The notes beneath the pieces are model-generated. The model made no database searches, was not told where the DNA came from, and saw nothing but the letters and a program-made list of their open reading frames with translations. Below are positions 52,586-62,757 of a stretch of 64,000 bases of DNA, one piece after another. Position numbers and translations under genes: made by a program. This DNA is from an uncultured Gemmatimonadaceae bacterium (GTDB lineage Bacteria > Latescibacterota > UBA2968 > UBA8231): NCBI GenBank assembly GCA_964520345.1, contig CAZFMY010000014.1:10671-74670 (forward strand). The letters run 5' to 3'. Position 1 is the stretch's first letter; every line of letters starts with the position of its first letter.

Positions 52586-53161
52586 TTAGTGCTCAACCCC
52601 CGATTCTTCCATGTCCCCAGGATATTCGTCGTGCTCGTCCGCCATTCCATCATGATTGTGGCCCCCCGCATCGTAATCATCTTCTTCGATCCCTTCCGCT
52701 GCCATGAGTTTTTTGTGCAGATCGGCGTTGTTTTCATTCGACATCAGCAGACGCTCACTCAGAATCTCAACGAGATTCTCTAGAATCCGAAAGTGCATGA
52801 TCTGATCCGATGCAAGTGCCGCCTTCAGAGCTCGCTGCTCGATAATCACCGCCACCGAATTCTCCGTCGCAGCAATATTAGCGGAACGTGGGTGATTGGT
52901 GAAGACACCCATCTCACCCGTGAGCATCCCCGGCCCAATTTCTCCGAATAATTCGCCCGATTCGCTGGTCACCGCCAGACGGCCCTGCAAGAGCACCAGC
53001 ATATCCAAACTCGGTTCGCCGATGGTATAGATCTGCTCACCCAGACTAAACTGCCGAGATGTTCCCACCCGCAGAATTCGCTGAATGTGAACTAATTCCA
53101 ACCCTTTGAAGATCGGAATTTTCTGCAGCACCTGCATCAAGCGATGTTGCTGTTGATTCAT
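52586..53161 (-). CDS. Cyclic-nucleotide-binding-domain protein with an acidic/His-rich tail
   Basis: ATG 53161 (MNQQQHRLMQVLQKIPIFKGL...). cNMP-binding barrel GEMGVFTNHPRSANIAA. Confidence 0.7.
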   Translation of the reverse strand: MNQQQHRLMQVLQKIPIFKGLELVHIQRILRVGTSRQFSLGEQIYTIGEPSLDMLVLLQGRLAVTSESGELFGEIGPGMLTGEMGVFTNHPRSANIAATENSVAVIIEQRALKAALASDQIMHFRILENLVEILSERLLMSNENNADLHKKLMAAEGIEEDDYDAGGHNHDGMADEHDEYPGDMEESGVEH

Positions 53162-53340
53162 AACGCTTCTCACTCCCCTGCAATGCGTTTGACTCATCCG
53201 AATTTAAAAAACTAGGACCGCTCAGTTACTATTAAGACCTCACTCGCCTCACAAGTGCATTGCCTTCCTTCCAACCAAGCCATTGATTTACCTTCTACAT
53301 AATAAATAACCGATCTTTTCCCAGTCAAAATAAATCTATT

Positions 53341-54609
53341 TTGGCCACGACATACCGCCAAGCACTCTCGTTATTCAACCGCGATATTCGCCTCGTGCTT
53401 TTCAGCCAGGCTCTAATCGGCTTCACCATATTCGGCGGTATCTATACCGTCCTGCTCAACCTCTACCTCCTGCGCCTGGGCTACGGCCCCCAATTAATCG
53501 GTCAAGTCAATGCTGCCGGTGCGATCTCTTTCGCCCTGCTGAGCATGCCCGCAGGCTTGATCGGCAACCATCTGGGTTCTCGCCACAGCATGATCATCGG
53601 TATCGGACTATCCGCATTGGGTTTCGGGCTATTGCCCCTGGGCGAATTCGTCTCGCCGACCTCGCGGATACCCTGGATCATGGCGACCTATGCCTTCGGC
53701 ATCCTCGGCAACACGTTTTTCCTCGTCAATTCTATTCCCTTCCTAACTTCGATCTGTCCACCTCAAGTACGGAATTACGTCTTTTCGACCCAGGTGGCCC
53801 TATGGCCGCTGGCAGGTTTTGCCGGCAGCCTTTGCGGGGGCTTGCTGCCCAAACTCTTTTCTGTATTGCTCGATCTGCCAGATGCCCATCCAGCTCCCTA
53901 CCGCTGGCCGCTGCTCTTTGCCTCTGGCGTACTGCTCTTTAGTGCAGTCGCAGTGGCGGCGACCAAACCACCAACACACCGACACACCAAGCAAAAATCC
54001 AACCGCACCACGCCGTTTCCCCTCGCCATCATTCTCAGCTTGAGCCTGGTCACCTGTCTGCAAATGGCAGCAGAGAACAGCTTCCGCATCTTCTTCAATG
54101 TTTACATGGATCAAGAACTTGGCATTTCAACCGCACTAATCGGCGGTCTGATCGCGGGCGGCCAACTCCTGGCCGGACTGACCGCGTTGGCCAGCCCGGC
54201 ACTCAGCCAGCGATTTGGCCGGGTTCCAGTCATCGTTTGGGGTGCTGCGGCAATGGCCTCTTGTATGGTGCCCCTGGCCTTGATACCCCATTGGATCGTG
54301 GCAGGTATCGCCGGGGCAAGCCTTATCGCCTTCAGCTCAATCCGTCGATCGATCTATATCGTTTTTCAACAGGAACTGGTCTCCGAGCACTGGCGAATAA
54401 CCATGAGTTCAGCCCTGACCATGGCCTATGGAATCAGCACCGCCGGCATTTCTCTCGGGGGTGGGTGGCTAATCGATACTCTGGGCTATAGAGCACTCTT
54501 CCTGAGCAGTTCGCTGATCACCGCGCTCGGCGTGCTATACTTCCATATCTATTTTCGCAAACCTCGCGGCGAGTATACAAAAAACCAACCGAAACACAGC
54601 TCCAACTGA
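53341..54609 (+). CDS. MFS transporter
   Basis: About 12 hydrophobic spans across 422 aa, with a central loop TKPPTHRHTKQKSNR. TTG start as listed. Confidence 0.75.
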   Translation: MATTYRQALSLFNRDIRLVLFSQALIGFTIFGGIYTVLLNLYLLRLGYGPQLIGQVNAAGAISFALLSMPAGLIGNHLGSRHSMIIGIGLSALGFGLLPLGEFVSPTSRIPWIMATYAFGILGNTFFLVNSIPFLTSICPPQVRNYVFSTQVALWPLAGFAGSLCGGLLPKLFSVLLDLPDAHPAPYRWPLLFASGVLLFSAVAVAATKPPTHRHTKQKSNRTTPFPLAIILSLSLVTCLQMAAENSFRIFFNVYMDQELGISTALIGGLIAGGQLLAGLTALASPALSQRFGRVPVIVWGAAAMASCMVPLALIPHWIVAGIAGASLIAFSSIRRSIYIVFQQELVSEHWRITMSSALTMAYGISTAGISLGGGWLIDTLGYRALFLSSSLITALGVLYFHIYFRKPRGEYTKNQPKHSSN

Positions 54610-54630
54610 CCGAGTGCGAAAAATCAATCT

Positions 54631-57534
54631 CTATAGCACTTTGGTACTCTCCAGCCAATCTCCCCGATCCTCTCTGGTCGCTTCAATGGCTTCCGCCGAT
54701 CCCAAGATCGCAACTCGCCCTGCCGCACCGACCTGGTCGAGAACGGCTGCAAAAGCCTCGAAATCTTCGGGCGTAGTTCCCAGGATCTGGTCGCGTATTC
54801 TCTGGCGATAGCCAGCGTCGATTCCGGTCAGATAACGCACCAGCGAAGTATAGCCTTTGGCATCGGGCAACTGGTAGACGTCAAGGTCCCCAATCATACC
54901 GATGATCGCCTTGGTTAGTTCTTCATCGTTTATCGGATATGCACGCAGGAAATCACCGCTCCGATCGTAAACCTCCAGCGTCTCCAGCATATTCGGATCT
55001 CGATAGGACACGTAGGTCAGCACCCCGCTAAATGAATCGAAGTCACAGAACGCTCCGTAGGCTCCACCCTGGACCCGCACCCGATCCCAAAGCCAGGTCG
55101 TCGCCAGATAGCGGGTGATCACCGCCGCAGAACCGTCGAACTCGTAGCCGAAATCGAAGAGATTGGCCGCTTTACCCACATAGTTGACCTGAGCCGGCAC
55201 CGTCAGTCCCTCATCGCGAGCGTCCCCACTCGCTCCCCAGGTCTCCTCCGCGTACACGCCTGTGGGCAAGGCGCCGAACAACGGCGCCATATTGGCCTCG
55301 AGATCCGCTCGGCCTCCGGAGAGTGTCGCATTGCAAAGGATTCCCCGCTGGTTGACCAGACGGGTGTGAATCTCTTCCAATCGCGCCTGTACTGCCGGCC
55401 AATCGCTCTCGATTTCATCGACCAATCGGCGTAGAAAAAACAGATAGCTCAAACCCCGCATATGTTCCGAAATCCACGCAGTCTCATCAAATTTGGCCTT
55501 GAGCCGCATCGATACCACCCGATGGCCACCCGGCACCAGCCCGGCCTCCTCGTCGGCCCGCTCCTCCAGCGCCATTTGCAGGAAGCGCTCCCGATCATCG
55601 AAACAGCTTTCAAGCAGTACGTCGCGCACGATCGCCACCAGATCCGCACTCCGATCAGCCATCACTTTACCGCGCAAAAAAAGCCAGGACGCCGGCCGCC
55701 CCCCCCCGAGCCTATTTCCCAGAAGCGCCTGAGACCAAACCCCACCGGTCTGGGCACCGATCCGCTCTTGCAGCTCGACAAAGCTCTGGCGTTTGGTCCC
55801 CATCTGCAGCAGTGCTCGCCCATAGAGCGTTACATAGGGCAACAACTCCAGCGGCAGCACCCGCAAATCGAAGCCAATGTCTAGATAGACAATGCCGTTA
55901 GTGAATAGATCGTGATAGAGCACCGGTACTCCCGCAATCTCCGCTTCCTCCAGCGGCAATGATCTGATCTCGCGCTCTATATCCCCCAGCTTCAGATGCG
56001 GCAACTTGGCCAGATCCTCGGGAGCATCGGGTTTTTCCTGACGGAGTTGTAGTTCCCTGGTCGCTCTGACCAGCTCCGCCAATTCCTCCGGCCCCATACC
56101 GGCTCGAACCTCAGCCAGACGCGAAATCTCTTCCTCCTCCTGGCGCTTCGCCAAGCCGACGTCCGGCTCGAGAATCACCGTCGTACGATGCGGATTGTCT
56201 AGCAAATAGCGCTGGATCAGTCCCTCGAGATAGCGATCATCCGCCGCGAGCCTGGCCCTGAGCGCGGCAAACGAGCTCTCAAAGCGCAACGGTTCGAAGG
56301 GATCGCGATCGTGCAACCAATCCGTAAGCATCCTGAGCATCAGCGAAAGACCGCGCGGAAAAGAACCGGTATTGTTCTCCCGCAATCTGAATTCAGCCGT
56401 ATGGAGCGCTGCCTCGACAGTACTGCGATCGAGGCCTTCGCGTGCCAGATCGGCCAAAATCTGCAGAATCCGCTCCTCGACCCTGTCGACGAACTCGGAC
56501 TGCACCCCCTTCAACCCAATCCCGAAACAGATCTGGGCCAGACCCGTCTCCAACCCGCTGCCGGTCAGATCCTCGCCCAGATCCGAATCGATCAGTGCCT
56601 TGCGCAACGGCGAACCTGGCGTACCGATCAGCACGTATTCGAGTATCTGCAAGGCTCGACGCTGATCGGCATCGATATCGTCGACCAAGAGCCAGTTGAG
56701 CGTCGCGAAGCACTTGAACTCATCGCCTTGACTCCCATCGACCGCATAGGGGAAACGGAGCTTTTGGGGCTCGACGAAACGCGGTTGGAGCCCGATCCTC
56801 GAATCGATAGAGTGTGGCTGGTACTCGGCGAGATATTCTTCCAGCAGCTCGAACCGGTGCTCGGGATCGTCGTTGCCGTAGAAATACACGCGGGCATTGG
56901 ACGGATGGTAGAAATCCGCGTGGAAACGCTCGAATTGCGCAAAGCTCAACTCCGGGATACTGCGCGGATCACCACCATAATTTACTCCGTAGACAGTATC
57001 CGGAAAGATCGAGTGCTGCACGTGCTCGGCCAGCACCTGTTCGGGATCCGAATACGCGCCTTTCATCTCGTTGAAGACCACCCCTTTGTAGCTCAAGGGG
57101 TCGGCGGTATTTTCCAACTCGTAGTGCCAACCCTCTTGCGCCAGGACCTGCGGTGTGAGTCTCGGGTGGAACACGGCATCGAGATAGACATCGACCAGAT
57201 TGTAGAAATCCCGGAGATTGGTGCTGGCCACCGGATAGCACGTCTTATCGGGATAGGTCATGGCATTGAGAAAGGTGTTGAGCGACCCCTTGATCAACTC
57301 GACGAAAGGCTCCTTTACGGGATACTTACGCGAGCCGCAGAGCACCGCATGCTCGAGGATATGGGCGATGCCCGTCGAATCCGCAGGCGGGGTGCGAAAA
57401 TTGATGCCGAAGACCTTGTTCTCGTCTTCGCTGATCAGCGAAATGAGCTCGCAGCCCGTGCGATGCCGATAGAAAGACCCGTGAATATTGAACTCGGGAA
57501 TTTCTTCAACGCGCAAAAGCTCAAAATCGTGCAT
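54631..57534 (-). CDS. M16-family zinc metalloprotease, PreP/M16C-like (~970 aa)
   Basis: Inverzincin motif GIAHILEHAVLCGS. The downstream LNAMTYPDKT region and the length are typical of presequence-protease-like M16C enzymes. Confidence 0.85.
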   Translation of the reverse strand: MHDFELLRVEEIPEFNIHGSFYRHRTGCELISLISEDENKVFGINFRTPPADSTGIAHILEHAVLCGSRKYPVKEPFVELIKGSLNTFLNAMTYPDKTCYPVASTNLRDFYNLVDVYLDAVFHPRLTPQVLAQEGWHYELENTADPLSYKGVVFNEMKGAYSDPEQVLAEHVQHSIFPDTVYGVNYGGDPRSIPELSFAQFERFHADFYHPSNARVYFYGNDDPEHRFELLEEYLAEYQPHSIDSRIGLQPRFVEPQKLRFPYAVDGSQGDEFKCFATLNWLLVDDIDADQRRALQILEYVLIGTPGSPLRKALIDSDLGEDLTGSGLETGLAQICFGIGLKGVQSEFVDRVEERILQILADLAREGLDRSTVEAALHTAEFRLRENNTGSFPRGLSLMLRMLTDWLHDRDPFEPLRFESSFAALRARLAADDRYLEGLIQRYLLDNPHRTTVILEPDVGLAKRQEEEEISRLAEVRAGMGPEELAELVRATRELQLRQEKPDAPEDLAKLPHLKLGDIEREIRSLPLEEAEIAGVPVLYHDLFTNGIVYLDIGFDLRVLPLELLPYVTLYGRALLQMGTKRQSFVELQERIGAQTGGVWSQALLGNRLGGGRPASWLFLRGKVMADRSADLVAIVRDVLLESCFDDRERFLQMALEERADEEAGLVPGGHRVVSMRLKAKFDETAWISEHMRGLSYLFFLRRLVDEIESDWPAVQARLEEIHTRLVNQRGILCNATLSGGRADLEANMAPLFGALPTGVYAEETWGASGDARDEGLTVPAQVNYVGKAANLFDFGYEFDGSAAVITRYLATTWLWDRVRVQGGAYGAFCDFDSFSGVLTYVSYRDPNMLETLEVYDRSGDFLRAYPINDEELTKAIIGMIGDLDVYQLPDAKGYTSLVRYLTGIDAGYRQRIRDQILGTTPEDFEAFAAVLDQVGAAGRVAILGSAEAIEATREDRGDWLESTKVL

Positions 57535-57587
57535 AAACCCCTCTCAGAAGCTAGAAAATAACTAGTTAAAAAAAGCGCTTGCACCGA

Positions 57588-58430
57588 TCAATCTAGGTCC
57601 CAGATCCGCGCTGCCGTCTCCCCCAAGATCTGATCGCACTGGCCCTCATTTAAGAAAGGAAGCCCCTCTCTTATCAATTTCAGTTCGTCGCTCAGCGTCA
57701 GCCAGTTGTGCTTGGTGCGATGCGCACCGGGATAGCCCGTACCCCAGAGCGCGCGCTCGGCACCAAACGCGTCGACCAGCGATTCGATGAAGGGGTGTAT
57801 ATCCGCAAAGGGGAAATCCTCCTCGGAACGACCTTTCACATCCGAAATCTTGACGTGGACATTATCGAAGCGCGCCAATTCGACGATCGGCGTAAAAGCC
57901 TCCCTGGCCTCCTGTAGATCCGGGTAGCCCATATGATCAATGAGCAGAGGCATCTGCGGGTAGCGACGAGCGATCTCAGCCACCTGCACGGCATCCGGGG
58001 CCCGCATGTGGAATTGCACCACCGCACCCAGACCGGCCAGTTCCTCCCACATCGGCCCGTTCTGCTCGGTCAGCAGGATCTGCTCATCGGGATAATACAT
58101 TGGATGGAAACGAAACCCGACCAAACCGCGGTTCTGCATCCAGTAGCGGACTTTGTCGGCGTTGTCCGGATCTTGTGGGTCGACCATCCCATGACCGATA
58201 AAGCGGTCGGGAAAGCGCACCACCGAATCGGCCATATACCCATTGTCCCAGGTCGACCAACTGGTCTGGACGATCACCGAGCGATCGACGCCGTTGGCAT
58301 CCATATCAGCAATGAGTTCGTCGGCAGTAGCGGGTTCGTCGGGTTCGGACGTCCAATTCGGCGCCGTCGGCCCGACCGGATAGCGGGGTGGATCAATTTC
58401 CCAAATGTGTACGTGCGTATCTACGATCAT
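57588..58430 (-). CDS. Amidohydrolase-2 family metal-dependent hydrolase
   Basis: MIVDTHVHIW start, LLIDHMG, TIM-barrel hydrolase length. Confidence 0.75.
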   Translation of the reverse strand: MIVDTHVHIWEIDPPRYPVGPTAPNWTSEPDEPATADELIADMDANGVDRSVIVQTSWSTWDNGYMADSVVRFPDRFIGHGMVDPQDPDNADKVRYWMQNRGLVGFRFHPMYYPDEQILLTEQNGPMWEELAGLGAVVQFHMRAPDAVQVAEIARRYPQMPLLIDHMGYPDLQEAREAFTPIVELARFDNVHVKISDVKGRSEEDFPFADIHPFIESLVDAFGAERALWGTGYPGAHRTKHNWLTLSDELKLIREGLPFLNEGQCDQILGETAARIWDLD

Positions 58431-58619
58431 TTGATTTTCAACCTGTTTATACGATTAAAAAGTTGGCCGAACTATATACTTTGCCGACCGCATAAAAGAG
58501 TGTTTTCTACAAGGTGGATTGCCCCAATACTGCGCCTGCCTAGCTACGACCATGGCGATACTTCCCCTCGGACTTGATTCGTGAACCGAGTTCGCAACCG
58601 CCCAGCCCTGTGCGGATCT

Positions 58620-59780
58620 TCAAGGCAGGACGATCTTGCCCAGGACTACCGGACGCTCTGCGCCAGTGGCCGAGGGTATATTCCCAGGGTGATCCATCAG
58701 CGTTTCATTGGCCAGAACCGCAAAGGTCAGCGCTTCGCGCGCATCGGGATCTACACCCAGTTCAGCCAGCGAAGCAATCGCCAACCCCGGCAATGTCCGA
58801 CGCAATCCCGCCATGATCTGCGGATTGTGCACCCCACCACCGGCGACCCACATACCCGCAAATTCACCTGGACAAAAACGGCGTATTCCGTCGACCATAG
58901 ATCGGACACTGAAAGCAGTCAGCGTTGCCACCAGGTCGTCTTCGCTCCACGCGCCCCGGCGCAGTAAATCCATCAGCAACACCGTGCCAAATTCCTCGCG
59001 TCCCGTGGACTTGGGCGGTCGGCGCTGCAAAAACTCGTGTTGCATCAACTCTGCCAGCAAGGCCTCGTCCACACTCCCCCTCGCCGCCCGTTCTCCATCG
59101 CGGTCGAAGCGCTCTCTTCCTTGGGAAAAATGCACCACTGCCGCATCGATCAGCATATTGCCCGGTCCCAGATCAAAAGCCCCCCCATCACCACTGGCCG
59201 GCAAAACCGTGATATTGGCGATCCCGCCAATATTGAGCAAAAGCCGATCCTGTTCTGGGTGTGCAAAGAGCAGGCGATCGACCAGAGGCACCAGCGGCGC
59301 GCCCTCGCCGCCCCAGGCCATATCCGCCGGTCGGAAATCGGCGATGGTCACCACCCCGGTCCGCGCGGCAATGAGGGCGGGCTCACCGATCTGCAGCGTC
59401 GCGCTAGCGACAGGCAAGTGACGAATGGTCTGTCCGTGAGAGCCGATAAGGTCGACCTCTTCGGCGGTAAGCCCCGCCCGCTTTATAATCTCCAGCGCGG
59501 CGGCGGCAAACGCCTCTCCCAGCGCAACATTGACTCGGCAGAGCGCGTCGATCGAAGCCGCTGCTGCAAATAGCGCAAAAACCTCAGCTCGCAGTTCGGC
59601 AGGCATTTCGATTGTAGCAAAAGCTAGAATCCTGTATTCGACCTGTACACCGCTAGCCGACAACTCGACCAGCACCGCATCGATCCCATCAACCGAAGTA
59701 CCCGACATCAACCCCACGACTAGCCGCCGCTCCTTGGCAGCCAGTTCAACTAAGCGACTCATCGCCCCCTCCGCCACCAC
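58620..59780 (-). CDS. anmK: Anhydro-N-acetylmuramic acid kinase
   Basis: GLMSGTSVDGIDAVLVE, NIGGIANIT, GPGNMLIDA. The alternative start is ATG 59762. Confidence 0.88.
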   Translation of the reverse strand: MVAEGAMSRLVELAAKERRLVVGLMSGTSVDGIDAVLVELSASGVQVEYRILAFATIEMPAELRAEVFALFAAAASIDALCRVNVALGEAFAAAALEIIKRAGLTAEEVDLIGSHGQTIRHLPVASATLQIGEPALIAARTGVVTIADFRPADMAWGGEGAPLVPLVDRLLFAHPEQDRLLLNIGGIANITVLPASGDGGAFDLGPGNMLIDAAVVHFSQGRERFDRDGERAARGSVDEALLAELMQHEFLQRRPPKSTGREEFGTVLLMDLLRRGAWSEDDLVATLTAFSVRSMVDGIRRFCPGEFAGMWVAGGGVHNPQIMAGLRRTLPGLAIASLAELGVDPDAREALTFAVLANETLMDHPGNIPSATGAERPVVLGKIVLP

Positions 59781-59817
59781 AGCCGCCAGCGCGGCAACGC
59801 CCGAGAACGAACATCTA

Positions 59818-60459
59818 CTAAACCCTCCGTGCCACTAGCAGGTAATTCCAGGTACTGCTCTCAACCCTATGCAGCCGATCCAAACCCCACACCGCGAGTT
59901 GTATCAGGGCATATAAGAGGCGAATCACGGGTTTGAGCACTCCGCGTTCGAAACGCTTGAGATAATAGCAAAATTGTGCACCAGCACTCACCCAGTACCC
60001 CGCCAGCGGACGCACTTCGACAGGCTCCAAACCAGCGCGTCTAGCCAGGTGTTCCAAGCCATAGCAAGTGAAGCGGAAATAGTCGTGCGGCACTTCGTGC
60101 AATTCCCAGATATGGGGGGCGGTCAGAATCAGATAACCCCGGGGTTCGAGCACTCGCCCCATTTCAGCGACCATCCGCCAGGGCTCCGCCACGTGCTCGA
60201 GAACCTGGGCGCTAAACACCGTGGCGAAACTCTCTGCACGAAAAGGCAAATCCATGCCGCTACCCCACACATCGGCCGGGATCTCGGCGTAGCGCACCCG
60301 GTCGTATTCGAGTCCCGTACAATCCTCCAAAAACTCGGCATAGGGCCGCCGACCGCATCCCACATCGAGTACCCGCCCCCGGGCATAGCGAGCGACCGCT
60401 TCGCGCAAATGCTCCCGCGTGATCCGCTCGACCAACCAGTTGGCCGCAAAAAGCCCCAT
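59818..60459 (-). CDS. Class I SAM-dependent methyltransferase (Methyltransf_11-like)
   Basis: Motif I RVLDVGCGRRPY, then VFSAQVLEHV. Confidence 0.7.
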   Translation of the reverse strand: MGLFAANWLVERITREHLREAVARYARGRVLDVGCGRRPYAEFLEDCTGLEYDRVRYAEIPADVWGSGMDLPFRAESFATVFSAQVLEHVAEPWRMVAEMGRVLEPRGYLILTAPHIWELHEVPHDYFRFTCYGLEHLARRAGLEPVEVRPLAGYWVSAGAQFCYYLKRFERGVLKPVIRLLYALIQLAVWGLDRLHRVESSTWNYLLVARRV

Positions 60460-60465
60460 CCGATT

Positions 60466-61575
60466 TTAGTGCCGGTCGCGTGCTGAGTGCGGGTAATAAT
60501 CGGCGATCTGCCCCTCGGCATCGATGAGATAAGAGCCTGGATAGCGGATCGTCGTCGGACACACATGACCGGGCACCGCCAAAAGGTAAGTGCCGATCTC
60601 CGGCTGAGGATCGGACCAGCGGAAGATCCCGTGCTCTTCATTCTGCCCCAGAAACTCGGCCCCGGTATTCTGCAAGAGAGTAGCCCTGCGCGGCAAAGGA
60701 CCATCATCGCTGATAGCCTTGAGCCCCAGATCGGTGGTAATGGTCCCAGCTCCCGCATGCCGGTCGACGACCTGAGTCAACACCAGGGCGGCCCACTCGA
60801 AGGGATAATCCTTAAGCATGCTGCTGTACCCGGTATCCCAGTAGATGCAGGTTCCGGGAGATCCGTGCATACCTTCGGTTCTGGCATAGGCGGGGAAGGA
60901 AAAAGTACTGCCGCCGATGATCCGCGGCACGGCGATACCCTCGGCCTCGAGCAACCCCTTAAGTTCATTGGCCGCATCGATGTGTCGCTGCGCTGCGACC
61001 CAGCGCTCATCCGACTCGGTATAGTGCTCATGTCCGTCGTAGATGTGGAACCCACCCGGCTCCAGCTGTGGGTGCCGCGCGATCTCTCGGTACAAATCCG
61101 CCGCCCGCTCCGGCGCCACACCAGTCCGGTGCATCCCGGCATCGATATCTATCATCGCCCTGAGCCCCTGGCTCCGCTCCGCAGCCACCTCGCCCAGAAC
61201 GCGCAGATGCGCCGGATCGCTGACGATCGCACTGAGCACCGCCTCACCCCGCGCCAATTCGGCAAAACGCTGCACCTTGAGCTTCTGCACCATCGGATAG
61301 GCCAGAATCGCCTCTTTGGCTCCGGCCTCAAGCACCATCTCCAGCTCTTTGAGGGTGGCGCATTTGAACCCAGCGACCCCCGCCGCCAATTGCTTGCGGG
61401 CCACCGCCTCAGACTTATGGGTCTTGACGTGGACGATCAAATTTTCGGCACCGCCAGCCAGGTCGGCAACAACTGCGATATTATTGTCGAGCTGGTCGGA
61501 GAAAATCAGCATCGCCGGCGTCTCTATATCATCGGGGTCAGCGACCTTATAACCTCTATCTTCAATCATAATCAA
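60466..61575 (-). CDS. D-TA / DSD1-family PLP-dependent enzyme (D-threonine aldolase / D-serine dehydratase-like, alanine-racemase N-domain fold)
   Basis: ETPAMLIF..., PLP-lysine context VHVKTHKS, GFKCATLKELE. The equally long plus-strand ORF 60487..61596 is an Arg-rich shadow. Confidence 0.8.
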   Translation of the reverse strand: MIMIEDRGYKVADPDDIETPAMLIFSDQLDNNIAVVADLAGGAENLIVHVKTHKSEAVARKQLAAGVAGFKCATLKELEMVLEAGAKEAILAYPMVQKLKVQRFAELARGEAVLSAIVSDPAHLRVLGEVAAERSQGLRAMIDIDAGMHRTGVAPERAADLYREIARHPQLEPGGFHIYDGHEHYTESDERWVAAQRHIDAANELKGLLEAEGIAVPRIIGGSTFSFPAYARTEGMHGSPGTCIYWDTGYSSMLKDYPFEWAALVLTQVVDRHAGAGTITTDLGLKAISDDGPLPRRATLLQNTGAEFLGQNEEHGIFRWSDPQPEIGTYLLAVPGHVCPTTIRYPGSYLIDAEGQIADYYPHSARDRH

Positions 61576-61818
61576 CTTGACTTTTTTCGAGTTTAAGCTC
61601 TATTGCGCTATGGGAAATTAGTATAAATCACCCCCCCCGGCAAACGATCTGCCGACGGACGGATCACACCGTATCGAACACATAGAATCGACGCTGGCAA
61701 CGACCGGCACGCAAACAAATCCCAGCTCCACCCCCATAGCCGATTCATTGAGCCGATTCTGTCTTTTTGTTATCTTCTCCCTTCCAGCCATACAACAGAA
61801 TCCAAAGGAGAGCTAGAG

Positions 61819-62658
61819 ATGCTCAAGTTAGGCTGCATGTCCCTCAGTTATAAAGACGAATTCGGCGCCAACAAACTCGACCTCGAACAATTCATCGAAC
61901 GCGCCTACCAGCTCCGCCTCGACGGCATCGATATTCATACCGGCGCCTTCGCCTCCCTCGAACCCGAGTACCTTCGCAAAATCCGCATGCAGGCCCAGAA
62001 ACGTGGCATAGCGCTTTCCTATATCGGCGTTAGTTCCAACTTCGGCAAACCCCAATCAGAGCTCGACGCAGAAGTCGCTAGCGCCAAACACTGGATCGAC
62101 ATCGCCGCCTATATGGGCATCCCCCTGGTTCGCGTATTCGCGGCCTGGATACCCGAAGGTGAAAGCGAAGAAGACGTCTGGGCGCGGATGATCCCCTGCC
62201 TTGTTGAAGTCGCTGAGCACGGCGAGGAAAAAGGCGTGGTCGTCGGGCTGCACAATCACAACCACGGTTGCGTAACCCGGACCGGAAAAGATGTACGGCG
62301 GATCATCGACGAAGTAGGCAACCCCTATTTCTCGCATATCCTCGACACCGGCCAGTACGTCGGCTCACCCGGTGCCTCGGGCCAGCGCGGCCACGAAGAT
62401 CCCGCACTCAATTTCTACGGCAGCATCGAGGAAACTGCTCCCCTGGCCGTCCATGTCCGGTGCAAGATCTATCGCATCCAAAACGGCACCGAAGAGTGGC
62501 TCAACTACCCCCGTATCTTCGACATTTTAAAAGGAGTAAACTACAATGGCTGGCTCTCGGTCGTTTACGAAGGCCAGGATGTAGAAGCAGAGGCCACCGC
62601 CATACCAAAGGCTGTTCAGTACTTGCGCACCTTGATGGCCGAATACGAGACCGCCTGA
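61819..62658 (+). CDS. Sugar phosphate isomerase/epimerase (xylose-isomerase-like TIM barrel)
   Basis: GIDIHTG, VRVFAAW, GLHNHNHG. RBS AAAGGAGAG upstream. Confidence 0.7.
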   Translation: MLKLGCMSLSYKDEFGANKLDLEQFIERAYQLRLDGIDIHTGAFASLEPEYLRKIRMQAQKRGIALSYIGVSSNFGKPQSELDAEVASAKHWIDIAAYMGIPLVRVFAAWIPEGESEEDVWARMIPCLVEVAEHGEEKGVVVGLHNHNHGCVTRTGKDVRRIIDEVGNPYFSHILDTGQYVGSPGASGQRGHEDPALNFYGSIEETAPLAVHVRCKIYRIQNGTEEWLNYPRIFDILKGVNYNGWLSVVYEGQDVEAEATAIPKAVQYLRTLMAEYETA

Positions 62659-62717
62659 GAAACACCCGCTGCCAAAGTTCCGATCGAGGCCGCGGCATCC
62701 GCAGAACAACACCGCCC

Positions 62718-62757
62718 TATTCCCTGAACGGCAAACCTATCCCCCGTTCAGGGAATA
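62718..62757. terminator. Perfect 14-bp inverted repeat at a convergent gene junction (stem-loop, no U-tract)
   Basis: TATTCCCTGAACGG (62718..62731) and CCGTTCAGGGAATA (62744..62757) are exact reverse complements with a 12-nt loop. The right arm contains the stop codon (62748..62750) of the minus-strand gene. Confidence 0.45.

Noticed and set aside
55699-55707. Homopolymeric tracts considered as phase-variation sites: C9 here in the M16 gene, G8 at 37345..37352 in top6B, and C8 at 61631..61638 in a divergent intergenic region
   Set aside because: Both coding tracts are in frame (they encode GGG and PPP) in otherwise intact housekeeping-type genes. The intergenic C8 has no recognisable promoter elements around it. 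Nothing supports switching without population read data.
56311-57561. 416-aa plus-strand ORF
   Set aside because: It lies antisense to the M16 protease (HILEH motif on the minus strand). This is a shadow ORF.
60487-61596. 369-aa plus-strand ORF of the same length as the minus-strand gene
   Set aside because: The product is Arg/Pro-rich and featureless. The minus-strand product has the D-TA/alanine-racemase-N-domain PLP-lysine motif (HVKTHKS).
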